From Cyanobacteriota bacterium (lineage in GTDB: Bacteria; Cyanobacteriota; Cyanobacteriia; Thermostichales; Thermostichaceae): a stretch of 64,000 nt of DNA. The stretch is taken from the NCBI GenBank assembly GCA_033764955.1, contig JANRIL010000019.1:64001-128000 (forward strand), read 5' to 3'. The position numbers and the translations under genes were made by a program. Under the pieces are notes generated by a model. It ran no database searches and was not told the origin of the DNA. It was given only the letters and a program-made list of their open reading frames with translations. Shown here in pieces: positions 30,583-40,830 of this stretch; the first letter of the stretch is position 1; every line of letters starts with the position of its first letter.

Positions 30583-30948
30583 ATGAAACCAGCCTCCACG
30601 AAAATTTCTCTGATCACTTGGGATGAATGGAAACCCAAATCTTCTGACTCTCCTATATCCCTTTCTTCAGCTCATCCTCTCTCCCAAACTACTCCAGACT
30701 CATACCATCACAGCCTCTTTTCTCGTTGGCTCCGAGCCATTGCTCAAACTATTCAATCATGGTCTATTTATTGGTCAGGCTCCTCTGAGTTAAAGGTGTG
30801 GAAAACCACTGATGCTCATGGAAATGTGCGCTGGCACACCTATGATCCTCTTTATAATCAGTCACTCACTCTGTTTTCTGAGGATGATCTACGAGTTTGG
30901 CTAGAACGTCATTACTATACTTCATCTTATTCTCGAGAAGTTTGGTAG
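30583..30948 (+). CDS. Cyanobacterial hypothetical protein
   Basis: C-terminal ELKVWKTTDAHGNVRWHTYDP...FSEDDLRVWLERHY motif; AT-rich codon use. Confidence 0.7.
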   Translation: MKPASTKISLITWDEWKPKSSDSPISLSSAHPLSQTTPDSYHHSLFSRWLRAIAQTIQSWSIYWSGSSELKVWKTTDAHGNVRWHTYDPLYNQSLTLFSEDDLRVWLERHYYTSSYSREVW

Positions 30949-31190
30949 TGATTCGCTGGATTAAGTGCTTTGTGTCCTTCCCATAATGCCTAATTCTCCT
31001 GAAACTTTTATAGGCAGGGATCCCTATGATCTCTGCCTATTTTGTGAATGACCTATGGGATTTATGGGATATTGAATAACCAGACCCAGCTACCATTTGT
31101 GAAACTGACGCGGGGCATCCAAAGATTTTCTGTCAGGGTCAGAATCTTAGGATTAAAATCAGACGGGATCCTTTTGCCTATGCTTGGGCT

Positions 31191-33023
31191 ATGACCTACT
31201 GCCTTAATCCTGCCTGCTCACAGCCAGAAAATCCGTTGCAAGCTCAGATCTGTTTAACCTGTCGTGCGCCCCTCCTCTTGCAGGAACGCTATCGACCGCT
31301 GAAACGGCTGGGAAAGGGGGGATTTGGCCGTACTTTTTTAGCTCTGGATCTGGCCAACCATAACCGTTGTGTTATCAAACAGTCGCTTGCCCTGCCCGGA
31401 CAAACTGAGCTAACTCACCAGCGATTTCGACAGGAAGCAGAGCGACTGCAGCAACTGGGGCAACACCAACAAATTCCTAAGCTGCTCGCCCATCTGGAGG
31501 AGAATCAGCACTATTACTTGGTGCAAGAATTTATGGCCGGAGCCAATTTGGCAGAAGCACTTGCCCAATCTGGCCCGCTACCAGAAAGCCAAATTCGTCA
31601 TCTTTTGCACAATCTCTTGCCAGTTTTGCACTTTATCCATCGCCATCAGGTCATTCACCGCGACATTAAACCTGCTAACATCATTCGTTCGGGACAGCAG
31701 TACGTTTTAGTGGATTTTGGGGCGGCTTGTTTGGCGGATCCCAGCCATCCCCAGCAAACGGGCACCATGATTGGCACTGCTGAATATACTGCTCCTGAGC
31801 AGGTGAGGGGTAAGGCGGTTTTTGCCAGCGATCTGTATAGCCTGGGGGTCACCTGCCTCCATTTATTGACGCAAATGTCCCCCTTTGATCTCTACGACAG
31901 TGGGGAAGACCGTTGGGTTTGGCGGGACTATTTGGGATCCCGCACCGTCAGTGAAGATCTGGGGTACGTTCTGGATCGCCTCGTGGAAAATGCTACAAAA
32001 CGCCGTTTTGCCTCCGCCTATGATGCCATCTTTGCCCTCAATCCGTTACAAGCCAAATTGGTACAACTGGCGGTAGGAAGGGATCCCGATGTTGAGGTTC
32101 AGCCCTCTGCTCCTGCTCTTCCCCCACCTACCAGCCGCAGTTGGGTCTGCCGGCAAACCCTGCTGGGACATCCTCAGGGCATCACCGCCATCGCCATCCA
32201 TCCAGAACGGGTCGTCACGGGAGGGGTGGAAGGGGGAATCCGTCTTTGGCACCTGCCGACCGGGCAAGAAACGGGTTACTTTTTGGCCCACCAAGCCGCT
32301 GTGACCAGCATTGCCCTGACCCGTCGAGGGGAGTGTTGTGTGAGTGGCAGCCTTGATCAAACCCTCAAACTCTGGCATTTGCCCAGCCAGCAGGAATTGC
32401 ATTGCTTTCAAACCGAACAGGGTGGGATCCGTGCGGTGGCGGTCAGTCCTGATGGGCAAACCTTGGCAGTGGGCAGCACCAACTCCCAGATTCTCTTGTG
32501 GGATTTCGAGACGGGGGTGTTGAAAGGTACCCTCAAAGGGCACAGCGGGCCGATTCGCTGTTTGGCCTTTAGCCGGGGCGGAGAAATTTTAGCCAGTGGC
32601 AGTGAAGATGCCATGATCCGCCTTTGGGATCCGGAAACGGGAACGAAACTGCGGGAGGTGGCGGCCTTTTATCCGATTTTTTCGGTACAGATCACCCCGG
32701 ACGGGCAATGGCTGATCGGCGGGGGCTATGACTCTACCTTGAAAATTTGGGATTTGATTAGCGGCAAGATGCTATCCATCTGTACCGATCATGCCAACTG
32801 GGTCACCAGCACCGCCATTACCCCAGACGGGCAGATTTTAGCCAGTGGCAGCGACGACTATACGATCAAACTGCGCCACCTCAAGACGCGGCAGGTGTTG
32901 GGATCCCTGACGGGACATCACGGTCGGATTACGGCTCTGCAATTTAGCGCTGATGGGCACTACCTCCTGAGTGGTTGTACGGAAGGATTTCTCAAGTTTT
33001 GGCAGACGGGGCGAAGTCTGTGA
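31191..33023 (+). CDS. Ser/Thr kinase with 4-Cys prefix and WD40 repeats
   Basis: YCLNPAC..C..C; LGKGGFGRT; IHRDIKPAN; DFG; about 7 WD40 units (GH...ASGSED..IRLWD). Confidence 0.94.
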   Translation: MTYCLNPACSQPENPLQAQICLTCRAPLLLQERYRPLKRLGKGGFGRTFLALDLANHNRCVIKQSLALPGQTELTHQRFRQEAERLQQLGQHQQIPKLLAHLEENQHYYLVQEFMAGANLAEALAQSGPLPESQIRHLLHNLLPVLHFIHRHQVIHRDIKPANIIRSGQQYVLVDFGAACLADPSHPQQTGTMIGTAEYTAPEQVRGKAVFASDLYSLGVTCLHLLTQMSPFDLYDSGEDRWVWRDYLGSRTVSEDLGYVLDRLVENATKRRFASAYDAIFALNPLQAKLVQLAVGRDPDVEVQPSAPALPPPTSRSWVCRQTLLGHPQGITAIAIHPERVVTGGVEGGIRLWHLPTGQETGYFLAHQAAVTSIALTRRGECCVSGSLDQTLKLWHLPSQQELHCFQTEQGGIRAVAVSPDGQTLAVGSTNSQILLWDFETGVLKGTLKGHSGPIRCLAFSRGGEILASGSEDAMIRLWDPETGTKLREVAAFYPIFSVQITPDGQWLIGGGYDSTLKIWDLISGKMLSICTDHANWVTSTAITPDGQILASGSDDYTIKLRHLKTRQVLGSLTGHHGRITALQFSADGHYLLSGCTEGFLKFWQTGRSL

Positions 33024-33102
33024 GGGATCCGTTAACCCCCACAGCCCCTCGAAAAAAACAGAAAACCTCCTAAAATTAGAATCTCTCCCTCCTGGGATCT
33101 TT

Positions 33103-34101
33103 ATGCAGATTGAGTTTCAAGTTTTTCGGCAACTGCCACCGGCTCCCCCTCACATGCAGTCTTTTTGGCTAGAGATCTCCCCTAGCAGCACGATTCTGGA
33201 AGCCCTCACCCGCCTGAAATGGGAGCAAGATGGCAGTCTGGCCTTCCGCAAAAATTGCCGCAATACGATTTGTGGCAGTTGTGCGATGCGGATCAACGGG
33301 CGGGCGGCGCTGGCTTGTCAACGGCATATCAGCGAGGAGCAGCAGGGATCCCAGCCGATTGTGATTGCCCCCCTGGGTAACCTGCCCATCATGAAAGATC
33401 TGATCGTGGATATGCAGAACTTTTGGCAGGATCTTGAGAGGGTGGATCCCTACGTCAGCACTGCCACCAGGAAAATTCCTGAACGGGAGTTTTTGCAGTC
33501 TCCTCAGGAACGGCAACAGATCGGTCAAGCCGCCAACTGCATCCTCTGTGGGGCTTGCTATTCCGACTGCAACGCCAAAGAAGTCAACCCCGCATTTGTT
33601 GGCCCCCATGCCCTGGCAAAGGTTAACCGTCTGATAGGAGATTCCCGAGATGACCAAACCGCCCAACGGCTAGCTCAACAAAATAGTCTGGCGGGAGTCT
33701 GGGGGTGTACCCGTTGCCTCAATTGCGATCATGTTTGTCCGATGGGGGTGGCTCCCCTTGATCAAATCACCCAAATCAAGCAAACGTTGTTGGCGCAAAC
33801 CCCCGATACTCCTGCTGCCAGCCGCGCCATCCGCCACCGCAAAACCCTCGTCACCCTTGTGCAGGCGGGGGGATGGATCGATGAGCGCCAATTTGGTCTG
33901 ACCGTGGTCGGTAACCGCGGACGGGATCCCTTAGGATTGTTGTCCTTAGCTCCTCTGGGGTTACGGATGCTTCGCAAAGGTAAATTTCCTCTGCATTTCA
34001 AAGCCTCGCTGGGATCCGCCACTGTCAAGAAACTGATTCAACGGATTCGTGCCCAGACCCCCTCTGATCCCAAAAATCTGCTAGGTCGTGTTGATCTTTA
34101 G
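33103..34101 (+). CDS. sdhB: Succinate dehydrogenase/fumarate reductase iron-sulfur subunit
   Basis: CRNTICGSC, CILCGACYSDC, CTRCLNCDHVCP Fe-S motifs. Confidence 0.94.
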   Translation: MQIEFQVFRQLPPAPPHMQSFWLEISPSSTILEALTRLKWEQDGSLAFRKNCRNTICGSCAMRINGRAALACQRHISEEQQGSQPIVIAPLGNLPIMKDLIVDMQNFWQDLERVDPYVSTATRKIPEREFLQSPQERQQIGQAANCILCGACYSDCNAKEVNPAFVGPHALAKVNRLIGDSRDDQTAQRLAQQNSLAGVWGCTRCLNCDHVCPMGVAPLDQITQIKQTLLAQTPDTPAASRAIRHRKTLVTLVQAGGWIDERQFGLTVVGNRGRDPLGLLSLAPLGLRMLRKGKFPLHFKASLGSATVKKLIQRIRAQTPSDPKNLLGRVDL

Positions 34102-34116
34102 CCAAGCAACCGGAGA

Positions 34117-34193
34117 GATCTCCCTTAGCCCCCCTTAAGAAAGGGGGGAACTGGATTTAAAGTCCCCCTTTTTAAGGGAGATTTAGGGGGATC
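34117..34193. repeat. Cyanobacterial small dispersed repeat (inverted pair of GATCCCCCTAAATCCCCCTTAAAAAGGGGGA-like units)
   Basis: GATC at both ends; two ~33-nt units in opposite orientation, each with an internal CCCCCTT..AAGGGGG-type hairpin. Confidence 0.75.
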
Positions 34194-34790
34194 CGAGACT
34201 AGAACTGGCGGTATTTTCTGACTGAAGAAAAAGATCAACAGAAACCTAGTCCACTCTAGATGAGTTGATTCACGAATGCGGCAAGAACCTGAATTCTGTG
34301 GAATAGGTTGGATAGAGGTAAAGATTCTTGGGAACTGATCACCTGTATGTAGGGATCCGGTAAGGAGCAAGCTGATCCCTTTCTGTTGGCTGGATTTCTC
34401 ATAAATAGCTCTGTCTAGGCAACTTACGACTTATAGTTATTCCAAATAAGAATGCAACCACCTAAATCTTCATATTCAAACTTTGAGAGATTTTGGGTTT
34501 CTCAAACTAAGTTGGAACAACTATAGCTCGCTATCTGTAGGTGCTTGAGACGATAACTCAGCCATGTACCGTTTCGATCCAAGCCTCTAGGGATCCGGCT
34601 GAACGTAATTTTTGCCGGAGGGTTTTGATGGGAGCTTTGCCGGTTTCTTCTTCGGGAGATTCTTCGGTTGTCCAGATGTGCTCAATTAGGGGTCAGGGCA
34701 AAGTTTAAGAAATCCTAGCTGTCTGGGGAGAAGAGGGATCCCCTATAACGGGAGGAGCGATTACCCTGTTGGCTCCGACAGGCTTTCCTT

Positions 34791-37067
34791 ATGGATAACA
34801 TCTATTGGTTAGGACTCGCTTGGATTGGCGGATTGTTGGCACGCTTTCTTCCCTCCGGCGAAACCTGGGGTTGGATCTGGCCGTTGCTAGGTGCCTTGCT
34901 GGGGGCAGGATTGGCTCGGCGGCAGCCTCGCCTGTTGCGAACTTGGCTGCTGGCCGGGTTGGTGGGGGTGATTGCCTGGGGATATCTGGGTTTTCGCACT
35001 CCTTATCCAGCTCCCGATGATGTCAGTCTGTCCGCTCCCCAAAACCGCGCCATCCTGGTGGGCAAGCTGACGACCGATCCGCAAACCACCCGCAGTGGAC
35101 GACAACGCTTTTGGTTGGAAGCTCAAACCCTAGAACAGGCCAATGAGCAATCCGAATCGGTGACGGGCAAAGTCTATGTCACCATCAAGCCTGATAACTT
35201 ACCCAAGCAACAAACCCTCGATCCAGGTCAAATCCTCAAGCTAACCGGATCCCTTTATTTGCCCAGTCCCGCCCAAAATCCGGGGGGCTTTGACTTTCAG
35301 AAATATCTACAAAATCAGGGATCCTTTGCTGGATTGAGTGCCTATGAGGTGGAGATCCTTCAGCCGGCATCCTGGGGGGGCTGGGTTTGGCGACGCCGCA
35401 TCCGCGCTGCTTTGGTAAACGGACTGGGGCAACAGCAGGGGGAACTACTCAGTTCGATGGTTTTGGGATCCCGTGCCGCCGATCTGGATTATCAGATACG
35501 CGATCATTTCCGGCAAATTGGGCTATCCCATGTCTTAGCGGCCTCTGGCTTTCAGGTGACCCTCCTAATTGGGGTGGTGTTGGCTCTAGTGAAAACTCGT
35601 TCTCCCCAACAGCAGCGAGCGATTGTCCTCTTGGGGTTAGGACTTTATACCCTGCTGACGGGATTGAGTCCTCCTGTTTTACGAGCTGCTTTGATGGGTG
35701 TAGCAGCAACCTTCGCGCTGACGGCTAGTGAGTCACGGCGCAAGCTGCATCTGGATCCTTTAATGCTATTGTTGCTGGCGGCAGTGGTTCTGTTGATCGT
35801 GATTCCCACCTGGGTGAACGATCTGGGCTTTCAACTGAGCTTTTTGGCGACATTGGGTTTGATGGTGGGTGTGGAGCCAATCAGCAAACGCTTGGAGTGG
35901 TTGCCCGTAGGATTGGGGGCGGCGGTGGCGGTCTCGCTGGCCGCACAGTTCTGGACGCTGCCCCTACAACTGTCGGCGCTAGGACAAATGGCTAACTACT
36001 TTTTGGTGGCAAACCTGATCACACTTCCCTTTGTGGTGGTGCTATCGGTGGTGGGATTTGCGGTCTGTGGAATTGCTCTGATCGCCCCCCCTCTGGGATC
36101 CCTTTTAGCCAGTCCCCTGCAATTTTTGTTGACTCCCCTAATCAACCTGGTGGGGTGGATGGCCAGTTGGCCTCATGCTACCTACTATGCCGGACAGGTC
36201 TCTTGGCTACAGTGCGTTCTCTGCTACGGGGTTTTCGCTGCCCTCACCTTTTGGGGGGGCTGGCGGCAACGGGTGCGCTGGCAGGGATCCCTGTTGCTGG
36301 TGGCGGGGATCCTACTCCTGCCCAATTTTTTGCCGGATCCCTCCCTGCAAATCACGGCGCTAGCCACCCGTGATGCCCCAGTTTTGGTGATTCAATCTCG
36401 GCAAGAAACCCTGCTCATCAACAGCGGCGATCCAGAAACGATCCAGCAGGTGGTGCTGCCCTTTTTACGTCGTCAAGGGATTCGTAACCTGGATCAAGCC
36501 ATAGTCACTTCCTCAGAGGGCAAGCTCAACAGTGGGTGGGGAGAACTGCTCAAAGCAGGCATTGGCGTCCGTCAATTTTGGGATGGGGGGGGAGGCTCCT
36601 CTCTGTCGGGGGGATATGCGGAAGCTCTGCAAGCGGTGCAATCCCGGCAAATTCCCTATCAAGTGCTACAAGTAGGTCAGCAGCTATCCACCCGCTCTGG
36701 TCTCATCCTGACTAGCCTCTATACCAATCCCCTGGTACTCAGTCTGACCTTGCCTGAAAGTGCGAATCAGGGTGCAGCGGATAACTGGTTATTGTTGGGA
36801 ACCGCTCAGCCTGCGGTGCAAACCACCTTGCTTTCCTCACCCCAACTGCCCCAAGGGATCCCTGGATTGTGGTGGAATGGAGGGCTGATCCAACTATCCC
36901 TTTTGCAACGGCTAGGGGCGCAAACCGGATTGGTGAGTGGATCCAATTTAGAAGACAGTAGAGCCTGGTTTCAGGAATCAGGTCGCGCCCTGTTTAGCAC
37001 CGATACCCTAGGGGCGATCACCTGGACACCTCAGCAGGTGCAAACCTGGCAAGCCCGCCTGGATTGA
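34791..37067 (+). CDS. comEC: ComEC/Rec2 competence membrane protein
   Basis: NPGGFDFQKYL, GLSHVLAASGFQV, PPVLRAALM, GFQLSFLAT; degenerate C-terminal MBL domain. Confidence 0.93.
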   Translation: MDNIYWLGLAWIGGLLARFLPSGETWGWIWPLLGALLGAGLARRQPRLLRTWLLAGLVGVIAWGYLGFRTPYPAPDDVSLSAPQNRAILVGKLTTDPQTTRSGRQRFWLEAQTLEQANEQSESVTGKVYVTIKPDNLPKQQTLDPGQILKLTGSLYLPSPAQNPGGFDFQKYLQNQGSFAGLSAYEVEILQPASWGGWVWRRRIRAALVNGLGQQQGELLSSMVLGSRAADLDYQIRDHFRQIGLSHVLAASGFQVTLLIGVVLALVKTRSPQQQRAIVLLGLGLYTLLTGLSPPVLRAALMGVAATFALTASESRRKLHLDPLMLLLLAAVVLLIVIPTWVNDLGFQLSFLATLGLMVGVEPISKRLEWLPVGLGAAVAVSLAAQFWTLPLQLSALGQMANYFLVANLITLPFVVVLSVVGFAVCGIALIAPPLGSLLASPLQFLLTPLINLVGWMASWPHATYYAGQVSWLQCVLCYGVFAALTFWGGWRQRVRWQGSLLLVAGILLLPNFLPDPSLQITALATRDAPVLVIQSRQETLLINSGDPETIQQVVLPFLRRQGIRNLDQAIVTSSEGKLNSGWGELLKAGIGVRQFWDGGGGSSLSGGYAEALQAVQSRQIPYQVLQVGQQLSTRSGLILTSLYTNPLVLSLTLPESANQGAADNWLLLGTAQPAVQTTLLSSPQLPQGIPGLWWNGGLIQLSLLQRLGAQTGLVSGSNLEDSRAWFQESGRALFSTDTLGAITWTPQQVQTWQARLD

Positions 37068-37104
37068 CATCCTCACCATCCAACCTGCCCGCTCTTGGCT
37101 AGGG

Positions 37105-38493
37105 TTATTCATTCATCGTTTTGTAGGTAGCGACAGCGGAAGGGGAAACACGATTGAGGTAACGGAAGATCCAATACTTAAAGAGAGTATCCAGAAAAAC
37201 AGGAAATGTTGCGATAAAAGCATAAATAGCATCTTGATTTTCGGGGATCCCCAAGTGATGAGCCGTGATCGATAGTAAAACCTCCCATCCGTGGGGAGAG
37301 TGATATCCAACAAAGACATCGGTAAATAAGATAATAATAAATGCCTTAGCACTATCACTCAAACCATAAATAAGTCGATCTAAAAAAGCTTTGAGAACCT
37401 CAATCTCTTCTTTGCCAATGTAGATCAACCATGCAAACACTCCAAATGAAAGGGCGTCTGCCACAACATTTTTGAGTCCCTCTAGATTGTCATAGCCATA
37501 TTTGCGAACCAATTGGATAGCTTTATCCCGCAGAATTTGTTCCGTATTGTCTTCTGCCTCTTTACTTATCCCATTGTCAGGAGCCAATAGCTTTTGAAAT
37601 TCTAAATGCTCCTTAAAAGCTGCAAATTCTCCCATGGCTTTTTCTTCAAACTCATAGCTGAGGGTAATTTCCGTGGGATCCCGTTGCTGAAAGAAATAGT
37701 GATCGATGAGAGGGCTAATCAGAAAGTTTTTGGCCATGACCTGCACGAGCAAAGGCAGAAAAGCCAACAGCACCAAATAACGAATCGAGATCATCGTTTT
37801 GGCACGAGCATCCCGAAAATCATTCACGACTTCCTGCTCATACTCAGGATCGAGTTCGCGGCGAATTCGGCTGGCGGTTCGCAAAATAGAGCGGGGCAAA
37901 AGACCTGTTTTTGTCGCTACGGGTTCGCCAGATTTGACCGAGGCGGCAGCCAGTTCTTCCTGAGAGGAAAGCGGGCTGGGACGAAAGCCGTTATTGCCAT
38001 TATTCTGGGCAAGGGAGGTCTCCGAGTCCGCCGAGGATCCCTGGCTAGAGGATTCGGCAGACTTAGCGGGAGTGGTAGGAGATTGTGGACGACGAGCCGC
38101 ATAGCGACTGGTGACTTGATCAATAAATCGCAGTTTTTCCAGGACTTCAGATTGGGGGTCGGCAGGTGGATTGGGTTGGGATCCGTTACGGGTGGCCGCT
38201 GCCTCTGGATCGGATCCCGCAGAGGGAACCAGTGGCGTAGGACGAGTTAAGGTACTGGCAGTGCGATATTCTGCCAGTCTTACCTCAATTTTGCTGAGGT
38301 TTCTCCGTAACTGCAGCTGAAAATATTGGCTGACATTCCGCCCATGCTCGCTGCCCGATCCGACCTTTTTGCCGTTAAAATGCTCAATTTCTAGGGTTTG
38401 GATGGCTTGGGCTGCCGTGTAGGCTTCCTCTAGAGAGCGAAATGGCGTATCGCTGATCCATTGATTGATCTTCCCCAAAAATGATGATCCCAT
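37105..38493 (-). CDS. pxcA: Proton extrusion protein PcxA/CemA
   Basis: TPFRSLEEAY N-terminus; LSDSAKAFIIILFTDVFVGYHSPHGWE; FIATFPVFLDTLFKYWIFRYLNRVSPSAV. Confidence 0.93.
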   Translation of the reverse strand: MGSSFLGKINQWISDTPFRSLEEAYTAAQAIQTLEIEHFNGKKVGSGSEHGRNVSQYFQLQLRRNLSKIEVRLAEYRTASTLTRPTPLVPSAGSDPEAAATRNGSQPNPPADPQSEVLEKLRFIDQVTSRYAARRPQSPTTPAKSAESSSQGSSADSETSLAQNNGNNGFRPSPLSSQEELAAASVKSGEPVATKTGLLPRSILRTASRIRRELDPEYEQEVVNDFRDARAKTMISIRYLVLLAFLPLLVQVMAKNFLISPLIDHYFFQQRDPTEITLSYEFEEKAMGEFAAFKEHLEFQKLLAPDNGISKEAEDNTEQILRDKAIQLVRKYGYDNLEGLKNVVADALSFGVFAWLIYIGKEEIEVLKAFLDRLIYGLSDSAKAFIIILFTDVFVGYHSPHGWEVLLSITAHHLGIPENQDAIYAFIATFPVFLDTLFKYWIFRYLNRVSPSAVATYKTMNE

Positions 38494-38742
38494 TGCTGAT
38501 CCTGCGGCGATTCATCAAGTATTTAACGCCTGTCACTCAGCACCTGTGTCAAAATTTACATTGGGTGCTAACTCCAGAGGGATAGGGTCATCCCTCCTTG
38601 CCTACCTACGAATTCCAGTATACACAATGACATAATCGTCAAGAATAGCTTAACGATTAGAGAATAGGCAGGTATTTTCTTGTCTAACTCCAGCCAGCCA
38701 GATCCCAGAATACAGCCATCTCTGCCTAACCCCTCTGCTGGC

Positions 38743-40233
38743 TTAGTCCGCTTGATCGAGTTTTTGTTGCAGGAGGGTATTAGCCAGTTGTGGATCGGCG
38801 CGTCCTTGGGTCTTTTTCATCAGTTGACCGACAAAATAACCCAGCAACTTGGTTTTGCCGCTGCGATATTGCTCCAGTTGGGTCGGGTTTTCGTCAAGAA
38901 TTGCCTGAATGATCTGTTGCAAAGCCGAGCTGTCAGAGATTTGGGTTAGCCCCTTGGCGGTCACCAATTCACGGGCAGAACCGCCCTTTTCCAACAGCTC
39001 CGGCAGAATATCTTTGGCAATTTTGGAAGAAATGGTGCCTAACTCAATCAGCGCAATTAACTCCGCTAGGGTTTCGGGTTGGAGGGCAATGGTGGTGTAA
39101 TCTTGTCTGTGGGTGTTGAGGTAGCTGGCCATATCACTCATCATCCAATTGGCGACGGCTTTGGCGTCGGCACCCTGCTGAAGCACCCGTTCAAAATAGT
39201 CGGCGGTTTGCCGATCATCACTCAGATAACGGGCATCATAAACCGATAGTCCATACTCCTCTTGATAGCGTTGCCGCTTTTGGGCGGGTAGTTCGGGGAG
39301 TTCCTGTTGCCAGGTGGTTAGTTGATCTTGGCTGACGCGAATCGGCAATAGATCCGGCTCTGGGAAATAGCGGTAGTCGCTAGATCCCTCCTTCTTCCGC
39401 ATACTGATGGTGCGCTGCCCATTTTCATCCCAGAGGCGGGTCTCTTGGATGAGCTTTTCTCCGGCTTCTACGGCTTTTACCTGGCGATGAAATTCATAAT
39501 CGATGGCTCGTTGGATGGCATTAAAGGAGTTCATATTTTTGATCTCCACTTTGGTGCCAAAGGTTTGGCTGCCTAGAGGACGCACCGAGATATTCACATC
39601 GCAGCGCATCGAGCCTTCTTGCAGGTTACCGTCACAAATCTCCAGATAGCGCAGGATCCGTCGCAGTTCTTGCACATATTCGGCAGCTTCTTCTCCGGTG
39701 CGGATATCCGGTTCGGAAACGATCTCGGCAAGGGGGGTGCCTGTGCGGTTAAAGTCCACCAAGGAGTGGGTGGATCCAGATAGGCGATCACTGCCGGCGT
39801 GAACTAATTTTCCGGCATCTTCTTCCATGTGCAGGCGGGTGATGCCAATTTGTTTCCGGCGTCCATCGGTTAACTGAATCTCTAGCCAGCCGTGGGTGGC
39901 AATCGGCAAATCGTACTGGGAGATTTGATAGTTTTTCGGCAGATCGGGATAGAAGTATTGCTTGCGGTCAAATTTGCTGTAGGGGGCAATTGAGCAGTGC
40001 AGAGCCAAGCCTGCTTTCACGGCATATTCCAGCACCTTTTCGTTGAGAACAGGTAATACTCCGGGCATCCCCATGCAGATCGGACAAACCTGGGCGTTGG
40101 GATCCCCGCCAAACGTAGTGGAACACTCACAAAAAATCTTGGAGGCCGTCTGAAGTTGACAATGTACCTCCAGACCAATCACGGCCTCGTATTGGGTGGT
40201 GGATAGGGATGGGGTAGGGGCAGCCAGTGTCAT
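38743..40233 (-). CDS. gatB: Asp/Glu-tRNA amidotransferase subunit B
   Basis: VIGLEVHCQL, FDRKQYFYPDLPK, HMEEDAGK, DYRYFPEPDL. Confidence 0.97.
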   Translation of the reverse strand: MTLAAPTPSLSTTQYEAVIGLEVHCQLQTASKIFCECSTTFGGDPNAQVCPICMGMPGVLPVLNEKVLEYAVKAGLALHCSIAPYSKFDRKQYFYPDLPKNYQISQYDLPIATHGWLEIQLTDGRRKQIGITRLHMEEDAGKLVHAGSDRLSGSTHSLVDFNRTGTPLAEIVSEPDIRTGEEAAEYVQELRRILRYLEICDGNLQEGSMRCDVNISVRPLGSQTFGTKVEIKNMNSFNAIQRAIDYEFHRQVKAVEAGEKLIQETRLWDENGQRTISMRKKEGSSDYRYFPEPDLLPIRVSQDQLTTWQQELPELPAQKRQRYQEEYGLSVYDARYLSDDRQTADYFERVLQQGADAKAVANWMMSDMASYLNTHRQDYTTIALQPETLAELIALIELGTISSKIAKDILPELLEKGGSARELVTAKGLTQISDSSALQQIIQAILDENPTQLEQYRSGKTKLLGYFVGQLMKKTQGRADPQLANTLLQQKLDQAD

Positions 40234-40347
40234 AGCAGGCTAAAACCTCGCTGGATAGGGGGTGGTCAATATTCAGCAGATGGGGTTCGGGATCCCTCTC
40301 CGCGGATCCGTGAGGAGGAATCCGCATGTGCCGATCGGGCTGAATCT

Positions 40348-40782
40348 TTATGCTAGCTCCCCTGTCTGGACAACTTTAGCCATCCGGCGAAAGAATTTTC
40401 CAACCGCCTGCACGAGTTTGGGGGTGGCTTCTGCATGGGCGGGAATGGTCTCCATCAGGGCATAAAAATCATCCAACAAGCGATGTTCGGGAGGGCTGAC
40501 TTCGTTATCCGCTATCAATAGGTTACCAAGAGCCGCCAATAGCTTCATCCGTTCCCCTTCCCCTGCCTGCGAGAGATACGCAGCTATCCACTGTTCCGTT
40601 TGGCGGAGGGAGACGGGCTGACTAAGCAACGCCCGCAGGTGGGGATCCCGATCATAGCCATAGCGCTGCATCAGACGGTCAAGATAGCCTACCTCAGCTG
40701 CCTCAAGGTGCCCATCCACCCAGGCAGCGGCTATGACAATCTGCAAAAGCTGATAATGCTGCTGATCAGAATCCATCAACAT
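40348..40782 (-). CDS. TerB-family protein
   Basis: AAWVDGHLEAAE and LIADNEVSPPE paired TerB motifs. Confidence 0.8.
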   Translation of the reverse strand: MLMDSDQQHYQLLQIVIAAAWVDGHLEAAEVGYLDRLMQRYGYDRDPHLRALLSQPVSLRQTEQWIAAYLSQAGEGERMKLLAALGNLLIADNEVSPPEHRLLDDFYALMETIPAHAEATPKLVQAVGKFFRRMAKVVQTGELA

Positions 40783-40830
40783 CCATCCATTGACATCGTC
40801 AGTGTGAGAAGGAGCCTCCGCCCAAGCCGG

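Noticed and set aside
34125..34370. 81-aa ORF ending PPKSPLKRGTLNPVPPFLKGG
   Set aside because: Its C-terminus is simply the translated dispersed repeat.
37606..38250. 214-aa plus-strand ORF
   Set aside because: Entirely antisense to pxcA; no motifs.
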